NCBI GenBank assembly: GCA_030390025.1
Contig: CM059431.1
Coordinates: 143,966,001-144,030,000 of the forward strand
Length of the DNA stretch: 64,000 nt
Direction of reading: 5' to 3'
Origin: Squalus acanthias
Taxonomy: Eukaryota
The translations under genes were made by a program, and so were the position numbers. The notes under the pieces were generated by a model that was not told where the DNA came from, did no database searches, and worked only from the letters and a program-made list of their open reading frames with translations. Below, piece by piece: positions 26,200 through 36,403 of this stretch (position 1 is the stretch's first letter; the number at the start of each line of letters is the position of its first letter).

Positions 26200-27990
26200 T
26201 CTCTGTAACCACTGTCCCTGTGTACAGTGTTTGTCTCTCCCAGTGAGGTGTCGCACTCTGTAACAAGTCTCCCTGTGTACAGTGTGTGTCTCTCCCAGTG
26301 AGAAGTCTGACTCTGTAACAAGTGTCCCTGTGTGCAGTGTGTGTCTCTCCCAGTGAGGAGTCAGACTTTGTAACAAGTGTCCCTGTGTACAGTGTGTGTC
26401 TGTGCCGGAGAGGAGTCGGACTCTGTAACAAGAGTCATAGAGTCATAGTTATAACTGCACAAAAGGAGGCCAATCGGCCCATCGAGTCAGTGCCGGCTCT
26501 CTGGAGAGCAATCCAGTCAGATCCTTTCCCCGCTCTATCCCCGTAGTCCTGCAAGTTAATTTCCTTTAAGTGCCTATCCAGTCTCCCTTTGAAAACATTG
26601 AGTGTGTCTGCTTTCACCACTTCCGTCGGCAGCGAATTCCAGATCCTCACCACTCGCAGCGTAAAAAGATTTTTCTTACATCCCCCCTGTACCTTTTGCC
26701 AAACCTTAAATCTGTGCCCCCAAGTCCTTGTACCACCAACTAGTTGGAACAGCTGTTCCCCGTTTAGCATATCAAATCCCGTCATAATCTTATACATCTC
26801 TATCAAATCACCCCTCAACCTCCTTTGCTCTAATGAGAACAAATCCAGCTTCTCCAACCTATTCTAAGATCCCACATCCCGAAACCATTCTGATAAATCT
26901 CCTCTGCACCCTCTCAAGGGCCATCACATCCTTCCTAAAATGTGCTGACAAGAAGTGTCCCTGTGTACAGTGTGTGTTTCTCCCAGTGAGGAGTCGGACT
27001 CTGTAGCAAGTGTCCCTGTGTACAGTGTGTGTTTCTCCCAGTGAGGAGTCGGACTCTGTAACAAGTGTCCCTGTGTACAGTGTGTGTTCCCAGTGAGGAG
27101 TCGGACTCTGTAACAAGTGTCCCTGTGTACAGTGTGTGTCTCTCCCAGTGAGGAGTCAGACTCTGTAACAAGTGTCCCTGTGTACAGTGTGTGTCTCTCC
27201 CAGTGAGGAGTCAGACTCTGTAACAAGTCTCCCTGTGTACAGTGTGTGTCTCTCCCAGTGAGGAGTCAGACTCTGTAACAAGTCTCCCTGTGTACAGTGT
27301 GTGTCTCTCCCAGTGAGGAGTCAGACTGTATAACAAGTGTCCCTGTGTACAGTATGTGTCTCCCAGTGAGGCGTCAGACTCTGTAACAAGTGTCCCTGTG
27401 TACAGTGTGTGTCTCTCCCAGTGAGGAGTCAGACTCTGTAACAAGTCTCCCTGTGTACAGTGTGTGTCTCTCCCAGTGAGGAGTCAGACTGTGTAACAAG
27501 TGTCCCTGTGTACAGTGTGTGTCTCCCAGTGAGGAGTCAGACTCTGTAACAAGTGTCCCTGTGTACAGTGTGTATCTCTCCCAGTGAGGAGTCAGACTCT
27601 GTAACAAGTGTCCCTGTGTACAGTGTGTGTCTCTCCCATGAGGAGTCAGACTCTGTAACAAGTGTCCCTGTGTACAGTGTGTGTCTCTCCCATGAGGAGT
27701 CAGACTCTGTAACAAGTGTCCCTGTGTACAGTTTGTCTCTCCCATTGAGGAGTCACACTCTGTAACAAGTGTCCCTGTGTACAGTGATTGTCTCTCCCAG
27801 TGAGGAGTCAGACTCTGTAACAAGTGTCCCTGTGTACAGTGTGTATCTCTCCCAGTGAGAAGTCTGACTCTGTAACAAGTGTCCCTGTGAACAGTGTGTC
27901 TCTCCCAGTGAGGAGTCGGACTCTGTAACAAGTGACCCTTTGTACAGTGAGTGTCTCTCCCAGTGAGGAGTCGGACTCTGTAACAAGTGA
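26200..27990. repeat. 55-bp satellite (CTCTGTAACAAGTGTCCCTGTGTACAGTGTGTGTCTCTCCCAGTGAGGAGTCAGA)n
   Basis: Tandem unit read directly; interrupted at ~26432-26950. Confidence 0.95.
26432..26950 (-). mobile_element. CR1 3' fragment inserted in the 55-bp satellite
   Basis: [19 protein letters not shown] and RVVRIWNSLP, a GACTCTAT tail, and ACAAGA at both junctions. Confidence 0.88.
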
Positions 27991-28009
27991 CCCGACAACC
28001 CTCCGAGTA

Positions 28010-28302
28010 CTCTCCACTGCTCCGACCTCTTGCGCATCCTCGATTTTCGTTGCTCCACATTGGCGACATGACTTCAGCTGCCAAGGCCCTAAACTCTGGA
28101 ATTCCCTCCACAAACGTCGTCACAGCTCGACCTCTCTTTCCTCGCCTTTATACGCTTCTTAAATCCTACTTCTTTTACCAAGAATTTGATCATCTCTCCT
28201 AAAATATCTTTACGTGGCTCAGTGTCAAATTTTGACTGAGAATTGCCTCGTGACGTTTCACTACATTAAAGTCGCTATATAAATGCAAGTTATTGTTGTT
28301 GT
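28010..28302 (+). mobile_element. L2-like LINE 3' end
   Basis: FSCQGPKLWNSL..LKSYFF followed by the tail GCTATATAAATGCAAGTTATTGTTGTTG. Confidence 0.6.
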
Positions 28303-28711
28303 CCCTGTGTTGTGTTAATAAATCTCCACCACTTACTTCAGCTCACGCCTGGTCTCCTCGTCCCTTTCATAAAAACTGGCTTCATTGTTTTAATATATTA
28401 AATAATGACCTCAAAAGTACATCCCACCATCTCCAAACGACACTGTAGACTCGACCTGTCGGTCTATTGAAGCGGGTGGGTCTTACTCGGGAGGCTGGAT
28501 ATACAATTGACACAAGATGGTGAGACTGAGTGTCAGCAAAAGAGCGAGCTGGGATTCTAAAAATGGCGCCCCACAGGAAACGGTAAATGGCCGCCATGAA
28601 CCTGCCGCAAAATGGTCAACATCACCCTGCAGCAAAATGTCCCCTATCAATCTGCAACAAATCATAGAATCATGCAGCCCATTCGGCCCATCCTCCCTGT
28701 GCCGGCTCTTG

Positions 28712-29240
28712 TAGGAAGGATGTTTTTGCTATGGAGGGAGTGCAGCGAAGATTCACCAGACTGATACCTGGGATGGCAGGAATGAAGTATGAAGAGAGAT
28801 TGGGTGGATTGGGCTTGTATTCGCTGGAGTTTAGAAGAATGAGAGGGGATCTCATTGAAACTTATAAAATTCTAACAGGACTAGACAGACTAGATGCAGG
28901 AAGGATGTTCCCGATGGCGGGGGAGTCCAGAACCAGGGGTCACAGTCTAAGGATAAGGTGTAAGGCATTTAGGACTGAGATGAGGAGGAATTTCTTCACC
29001 CAGAGAGTGGTGTACCTGTGGAATTCTCTACCTCACAAGACAGTTGATTCCAATTCATTAAATATATTCAAGAAGAAGTTGGATGTATTTCTTAAGGTTA
29101 AGGGCATCAAGGGATATGGGGAGAAAGCAGGGACAGGGTACTGAAGTTGGATGATCAGCCATCATCGCATTGAATGGCGGAGCAGGCTCGAGGGGCCGAA
29201 TGGCCTACTCCTGCTCCTATTTTCTATGTTTCTATGTTTC
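28712..29240 (+). mobile_element. CR1 3' fragment
   Basis: [28 protein letters not shown] plus 3'UTR and tail. Confidence 0.92.
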
Positions 29241-29819
29241 GATGAAGGAGCGATCCAATAAGTCCCTCTCACTCCCCGTAGCCCTGCAAACTGTGTCTTT
29301 ACAAGTATACAGTACAATCTGCATCCACCATCCTTTCAGGCAGTGCATTCCAGATCAGAACAACTCGCTGCATAAAACATCCTCCTCATCTCTGCTCTGG
29401 TTCTTTTGGCAATTATTTTAAACCTTTGTCTTTTGGTTAACCACCCTCCTGCCCCGGAAAGAGTTTCTCCCTATTTACTCCATCAGAAACTATCAAATGA
29501 CGTCCATGTCCCCTCAATGTTGTCGCATCGCTCCGAAACACAAGCATTATTTTGAAATGTCCATCCACGGGTTCACTTTTCCGACTTAATTTCCTCTCAG
29601 TCCCTGTTCATCACGCACCAAGTTAACATGTTGTTGTAACATTGCAGGCCGGGCTACTTTAACCCAGGCTTTAAACTCTTTAAAACACAAGGACCACAAT
29701 CGAACAGGAACGTGTTAACCCGACAACAAAACCAGGGCTAAGAGAGAAAATTTAACCCAGGTAATAAACAAACAGAATTCGTGTGGGCCCCATTGTGTAC
29801 AACGTGAGAAGAAGGCCGC

Positions 29820-31430
29820 GTTCAGTCCCCCCTGGAAAATGCCTCGGTCAGTCCCCTCTGGAGGAGGTCTCGGTCAGTCCTCTGTGGAGAGGGTCTCGGG
29901 CAGTTCGCTCTGGAGGAAGTCTCAGTCAGTCTACTCTGGATGAGGTCTCGGTCAGTCTCCACTGGAGGAGGCCTCGGTCAGTCCTTCTGGATGAGGTCTC
30001 GGTCAGTCTCCTCTGGAGTAGGTCTCGGTCAGTCCCCTCTGGAGGAGGTTTCGGTCAGTCTCCTCTGGAGGAGGTCTCGGTCAGTCTCCTCTGGAGGAGG
30101 TCTCGGTCATTCTCCTCTGGAGGAGGTCTCGGTCAGTCTCCTCTGGAGGAGGTCTCGGTCATTCTCCTCTGGAGGAGGTCTCGGGCAGTCTCTGGAGGAG
30201 GTCTCGGTCAGTCTCTGGAGGAGGTCTCGGTCAGTCTCCTCTGGAGGAGGTCTCGGTCAGACTCCTCTGGAGGAGGTCTCGGTCAGTCTCTGGAGCAGGT
30301 CTCGGTCAGTACTCTCTAGAGGAGGCCTCGGTCAGTCCCCTCTGGAGGAGGTCTCGGTCAGTCCCCTCTGGAGGAGGTCTCGGTCAGTCTCCTCTGGAGA
30401 AGGTCTCGGTCAGTCTCCTCTGGAGGAGGTCTCGGTCAGTCTCTGGAGGAGGTCTCGGTCAGTCTCCTCCGGAGGAGGTCTCGGTCAGTCTCCTCTGGAG
30501 GAGGTATCGGTCAGTCTCTGGAGGAGGTCTCGGTCAGTCTCCTCTGGAGGAGGTCTCGGTCAGTCCTCTCTGGAGGAGGCCTCGGTCAGTCCCCTCTGGA
30601 GGTGTTCTCGGTCAGTCTCCTCTGGAGGAGGTCCCGGTCAGTCTCTGGAGGAGGTCTCGGTCAGTCTCTGGAGGAGGTCTCGGTCATTCCCTTCTGGAGG
30701 AGGTCTCGGTCAGTCTCTGGAGGAGGTCTCGGTCGGTCCCTTCTGGAAGAGGGTCAGTCTCCTCTGGAGGAGGTCTCGGTCAGTCCCCTCTGGAGGAGGT
30801 CTCGGTCAGTCTCCTCTGGAGGAATCTCGGTCAGTCCCCTCTGGAGGAGGTCTCGTGCAATCCAGTCTTCAGGCGTTCACGGTCAATATTCTCTGGAGGA
30901 GGTCTCGATCAGTCTCCTCAGATTAAGGCCTCGGTCACTCCACTCTGCAGGAGACACGCTCAGTCCCTTCTTGAGGAGGTCTCGGTCAGTCCCCTCTGGA
31001 GGAGGCCTCGGTTAGTCCCCTCTGGAGGAGGTCTCGGTCAGTCTGCTCTGGAGGAGGCCTCGGTCAGTCCCCTCTGGAGTAGGTCTCGGTCAGTCCCCTC
31101 TGGAGTAGGTCTCGGTCAGTCCCCTCTGGAGGAGGTCTCGGTCAGTCCCCACTGCAGGAGGTCTCGGTCAGTCCTCTCTGGAGGAGGTCTCGGTCAATCC
31201 CCAGTTGAAGCAGTCTCGGTCAGTCCACTCTGGGAGAGGTCCCGTTCAATCCCCTCTCTAGGAGGTCTCGGTCCGTCCCCGCTGGAGGAGGCCTCGGTCA
31301 GTCTCCACTGGAGAAGATCTCGGTCAATCCCCAGTTGAAGCAGTCGCGTTCAGTCTTCTCTGGAGGAGGTCTCAGTCAGTCCCCATTGGAGGAGGTCTCG
31401 GTCACTCTCCTCTGGAGGAGATCTCGGTCA
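29820..31430. repeat. 26-bp satellite (GGTCTCGGTCAGTCTCCTCTGGAGGA)n with 23-bp variants
   Basis: Tandem unit read directly. Confidence 0.95.
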
Positions 31431-31434
31431 GAAC

Positions 31435-32425
31435 TGTAAGTCGTTCTGATTGTCTGAGAGTTTATAAAGTTCAGACCCGTGCAACAAACAACACAAAACC
31501 CAATGAATCTGTGAAACTTCTTTTACTTAAAATGCAACAAGATGTTACAAGTAATTTCCAGAATACAATCTCTACTCAATGCATGTACTTATCACAAACA
31601 AGCATCTAAAATCATTGACTTTAAGCTCAGGTGATTATAAGTAAAACCACATACAGACTATTCACCAGATGAGAGGTCAATTCAACGATGACAGACGTAT
31701 GACTAACTGTAACTGGCACCTGACCAGGTCACCATCGCCTATAGCCCCGAATGTCAGTGTCCAACAACAATTATACCCCAAAACTTGGCAACTCGCCCAC
31801 AGCATTCATGTTTCTAACATTATGGCATAATCGTCATTAACTGTTTCTCAGACCCTCTTATCATTAGTTCATTGAGCAGCTGTGTGTCTCAAGTCTACGT
31901 GCATTCCATAGTCTGAAGAGGTTTCATTATTGCACTGATTTCACAGTCAGTAGCGGGTTCCCACAGAACCTCAATTAGCTTGTTTTCCATATCTGTTGAA
32001 AGGCAATTGGCAGCTTTTTTAGCTTGCACGTCAAACTGTTTATTTTGCAAAGTTCTCACAGCAAACAATCTTTGTCCGCGCGAAGCATGATAGTAAAATT
32101 TGATCAACTGTTACAGCAAATACTGTGTTCTACAGTGTCCACCCTCAAATAGTGTGTTCTACAGTGTTCACCCTCAAATAGTGTGTTCCACAGTGTCCAC
32201 CCTCAAATAGTGTGTTTTACAGTGTCCACCCTCAAATAGTGTGTTGTACAGTGTCCACCCTCAAATAGTGTGTTGCACAGTGTCCACCCTCAAATAGTGT
32301 GTTCTACAATGTCCACCCTCAAATAGTGTGTACTACAGTGTCCACCCTCAAATAGTGTGTTCTACAGTGTCCACCCTCAAATAGTGTGTTGTACAGTGTC
32401 CGCCCTGAAATAGTGTGTTAACACA
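31435..32425 (-). repeat. 3' LTR (outer end ..TTACA firm, inner boundary inferred)
   Basis: 31435-31815 aligns by eye with 41951-42335. The inner end is placed at TGTGTTAACACA just after the env stop. Confidence 0.7.
32125..32420. repeat. 29-bp tandem repeat (GTGTTCTACAGTGTCCACCCTCAAATAGT, about 10 copies) in the putative U3
   Basis: Read directly. Confidence 0.92.
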
Positions 32426-32469
32426 TTGTCCAACCGCAAGTGGCTGTGCATCCAATTCAAGGGTCACAG

Positions 32470-35400
32470 GCACTTACAACTTGTAGACGCTAAGTTCTTC
32501 CTTCGGCCTCTAATGTAACAGCTTGACCAATGCTTGCTGGTTGCGCCGTCGGTTGACTCGGCAAGTTATCGTTAGTAAATATAACTTGGAAAACAGTGAC
32601 AGGACCGGACAAAGCCAACATGGATTTACAAAAGGTAAATCATGCTTGACTAATCTACTGGACTTTTTTGTGGATGTAACTGGTAGAATAGATAAGGGAG
32701 AACCAGTTGACGTGGTGTATTTGGACTTTCAGAAGGCTTTCGATAAGGTCCCGCATCAGAGATTAGCGTGAAAATTTAAAGCACATGCGATTGGGGGCAA
32801 GGTACTGACTTAGATAGAGAACTGGTTGGCAGACAGGAAGCAAAGATTTGGAATAAATGGGTCTTTTTCCGAGCGGCAGGCAGTGACTAGTGGGGTACCG
32901 CAGGGATCGGTGCTAGAACCCCAGCTATTCACAATATATATTAATGATCTGGAAGAGGGAACTAGATTTAATATCTCCAAGTTTGCAGACGATTCAAAGC
33001 TGGGTGGGCGTGTGTGCTGTGAGGAGGATGCAGAGAATCTCCAGTATGATTTGGACAGGTTGGGTGATTGGGCAGATGCATGGCAGATGCTAAATTAATG
33101 TGGATAAATGCGAGGTTATCAACTTTGGTAGCAAAAACAGGAAGGCAGATTATTATCTGAACGGCAATAGATTGGGAGAAGGAGAAGTGCAACGAGACCT
33201 GGGTGTCCTTGTGCACCAGTCGCTGAAGATAAGCATGCAGGTGCAGCAGGCGGTTAAGAAGGCAAATAGTATGTTGGCCTTCATAGCGAGAGGATTCAAA
33301 TACAGGAGCAAGAATGTCTTGCTGTAACTTTACAGGGCCTTGGTGAGACCACACCTTGAATATTGTGTGCAGTTTTGGTCGCCTTATCTGAAGAAGGATG
33401 TTCTTGCCATGGAGGGAGTGCAGCGAAGATTCACCAGACTGATACCTGGGATGGCAGGAATGACGTATGAAGAGAGATTGGGTCGATTGGGCTTATATTC
33501 GCTAGAGTTTAGCAGAATGAGAGGAGATCTCATTGAAACTTATAAAATTCTAACAGGACTAGACAGACTAAATGCCGAGGGAGTCCAGAACCAGGTGTCA
33601 CAGTCTAAGGATAAGGGCTAAGCCATTTAGGATTGAGCTGAGGAGGAATTTCTTCACCCAGAGAGTGGTGAACCTGTGGAATTCTGTACCACAGAAGGCA
33701 GTTGAGTCCAATTCGTTAAATATATTCAAGAAGGAGATAGATATATTTCTTAAGGCTAAAGGGATCAAGGGATATGGGGAGAAAGCAGGGACAGGGTACT
33801 GAATTTGGATGATCAGCCATGATCTCATTAAATGGTGGAGCTGGCTCGAGGGGCCGAATGGCCTACTCCTGCTCCTCCCTTCTATGTTTCTATGTTTCTA
33901 TAACAAAATCACCAACTGAACAATGAACAAATCGTGGGAGATAATTCTTATCCAGGGATGAACCTCAATACTCATACCGATATCCCACCAGAATGAACCG
34001 TTCCCAATCTTAGATATTTCTTTGCGTAATTTCCGGTTTATCTGGGCCAGCGTATAAAAGTACCTTTGAGACTAACTAACTCGGTGCATTAACTCTACCA
34101 GTTGTTCTGGTAGAGGTGGAATGTCATAGCCGAATCGAGTCACGTACTGGTGTAATTGCTCTTTTAATTTATCTTCTACAGCGATATCTACTTGCCTATG
34201 CGAATAAATACTTAATAAATCCCGCGCCCCAAGTCTTACAGGTTTAACTGGGGTAAAGCAAAAAGTTCCCGCCACAATGGGACAAGTCAGGTTGTTACCA
34301 TACGGGTATTCCCGGTGTATGGTCGTGACACAATACTCACCTTTCCCTCGGTACCCAGATTGTACGGGGAAAAGCTTTCCTGCTACTACTTTCATGATGC
34401 AGTTTCACTCTATCCCATCCCAATCGAAACCGGACAAAGGGGCTGCATGTTCTACCACGTCATAAGGGCAGATGAATGTGTCCCGAGCTTGAGCGCACCC
34501 GGTAAGATGTGGGGCCACCCATGTGGTCCCATCCCCCCGGGTCACATACTGCGGGGGTTTGTCATACCTTACTAAGTGGTCTCCCTAGCGTACTCCTATA
34601 TTCTCCACACGGAATAGAGGATTCGGGGTCGCCTTTTCGCGCAGGATAGGATAATCCAACACCATCCCTAATAAGGTGATGTAATTCTGTTCCTGCAAAT
34701 GGCATTCATGTTTCACCGGGTATACCTGTACCAACCCAGTGACTTTACACATGTTGATAGTAAATTGATAAGTGGACATTGCCCTCAGGTGTCGATCAGT
34801 CACCCACAATGGGAGTTCCCCTCAGCAATGCTCTGCAGGTTATCACGGGCTTGTTCCACTAACCAGGATCCATACATTACACAAACATCATTTCCTGCGG
34901 CCTCACTAGAGGCACTCAGATTCTCCTTTAAAATTTGGTTTATCCTTTTAGCGTAAGATTCTAAATAGTTAACCATGTCCTGCAGATCAATGTATCATAA
35001 TTTGGTCCTCCTTCAATTCCTCTTGTTCCAGATCATTCATTTCATTCAGAATTTCCTTTACACGTTTTCTAACTGCCTTTACGGATTGATCCAAATTAGC
35101 AAAATCAAGACTATTAACGAGGGTGTTTCCGGTATTAAAAACAGTGGCTGCATCATTTATCAGACCTCGTCGTGTTCTGATATGGTCCCGTTTAACCCCC
35201 TAACCGACGTTGTTTCCTTCAGTGATCTCAGTATTTCCCCAAAGTTATTGTTAAATACATTACCATCTCCTGATCCCCTGCGATATAATGGGTCGAATTC
35301 CGATTCCCCCAAATTTGTGCTGGCTCTTTCCAAAAATCCTTTTTATTAAATCCCATACCATTCTCCCATATAACCGCGCTGTTTCTGGTTTCCACCAGTC

Positions 35401-36266
35401 CGGTATTCCCACCTCGGTCACATTTAATATCACAGGCACCACCTGGTGATGCACATCATGGTCCAATATCCGAGTTGGGACTCCCACAAACCCATGTGTC
35501 GGCCCCGGAGTGTGTTTGGGAGACAACCCGGGTTTCTCTTGTTCTTCCCGCCATTGTGTTTTATTTGCGGGGGGGGGGGGGCGGAGTGGGGCGGAGTTTA
35601 GGACGGACTTTCACTTTGAATTCTCTGGTATCTGTGGTTCCGTTTACACATTCCGATTCTTCATCAGTAACACACATTTCATGGCCCAGCCCTCCCTCCT
35701 TTTCACCCAGCATCCATTGATAAGGGGGGTCATTTTCTGCACCGGACACAAACGCAGGAGAAAGGCTGCAAACCGGGAATTCGGACCCAAAATTGACCCA
35801 ATTCTTCAGTGGGCCTGGTCGAGTGTTTACACATCCATATATACCCTCAGGCTCCTGCCTCCACCGTGGCCAACACAACATGGTTTCCCCATGGTCTTCC
35901 CATTGAGTTGGGCTCCCATTATATCCCCAAGGTCTCCTATCTGGCGGTAACTAGTATTGTCACCCACCTTTGCCTGAATGAACCATACACGCGGCTGATT
36001 CACAGTCTCACTCTTACACTTTATACATGTTCCCCTCCCTTCTTGGACCGTGTATGTGGTTACCCGGACTATTCCTGAACAACTTGTGTCGCACGGACCC
36101 TTGATAGATCGGAGGGTAACCTCACGGGCGATACCTTGGGGTGGAGTTACGGGGCAATGGTAATCTGACTGTCGTAACTTGAATCGCTGGATGCTTCCCT
36201 ATGAGTTCCTGCTGCCCTTTCGAGATGGAGCGCTATGTCACACAGCAACCAAAATATCCTCCCCAT
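32470..36266 (-). pseudogene. env: env-like glycoprotein gene, frameshifted and split by a CR1
   Basis: Starts at ATG MGRIFWLLC (36266). Contains VVPVILNVT, RTRR|GLINDAATVFNTGNTLVNSLDF (~35170), a heptad helix, Cys-rich YCVTT..CPI..FCFTP, the [21 protein letters not shown] and the basic tail RVNRRR. Confidence 0.85.
32586..33898 (+). mobile_element. 5'-truncated CR1 inserted into the env TM-coding segment
   Basis: CR1 RT and 3' tail, with TATAAC at 32580-32585 and 33899-33904. Confidence 0.93.
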
Positions 36267-36285
36267 TTCTCTGCCTTGTTCTGGC

Positions 36286-36313
36286 CTGTGGAAGAGGGGA
36301 ACAAAGCGGAGAG
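36286..36313 (-). promoter_or_regulatory. Putative env splice acceptor
   Basis: CTCTCCGCTTTGTTCCCCTCTTCCACAG|G lies about 20 nt upstream of the env ATG. Confidence 0.6.
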
Positions 36314-36403
36314 TTACTCCCAGTCCCGCCTCACTTCTTCCCACCATTGGTCTTTAAGGCTCTGCACTGACTATTCACTGGACCGCCTTGGCCGTTTCCC
36401 AGG

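Noticed and set aside
25981..31015. Long repetitive ORFs (LLQSLTPHWER.., RRSRSVSSGGG..) suggesting SR-rich proteins
   Set aside because: Products of the 55-bp and 26-bp satellites; the unit lengths are not multiples of 3.
32125..32420. CRISPR-like array of 29-bp repeats
   Set aside because: Head-to-tail repeats with no spacers, no cas genes, and a eukaryotic context.
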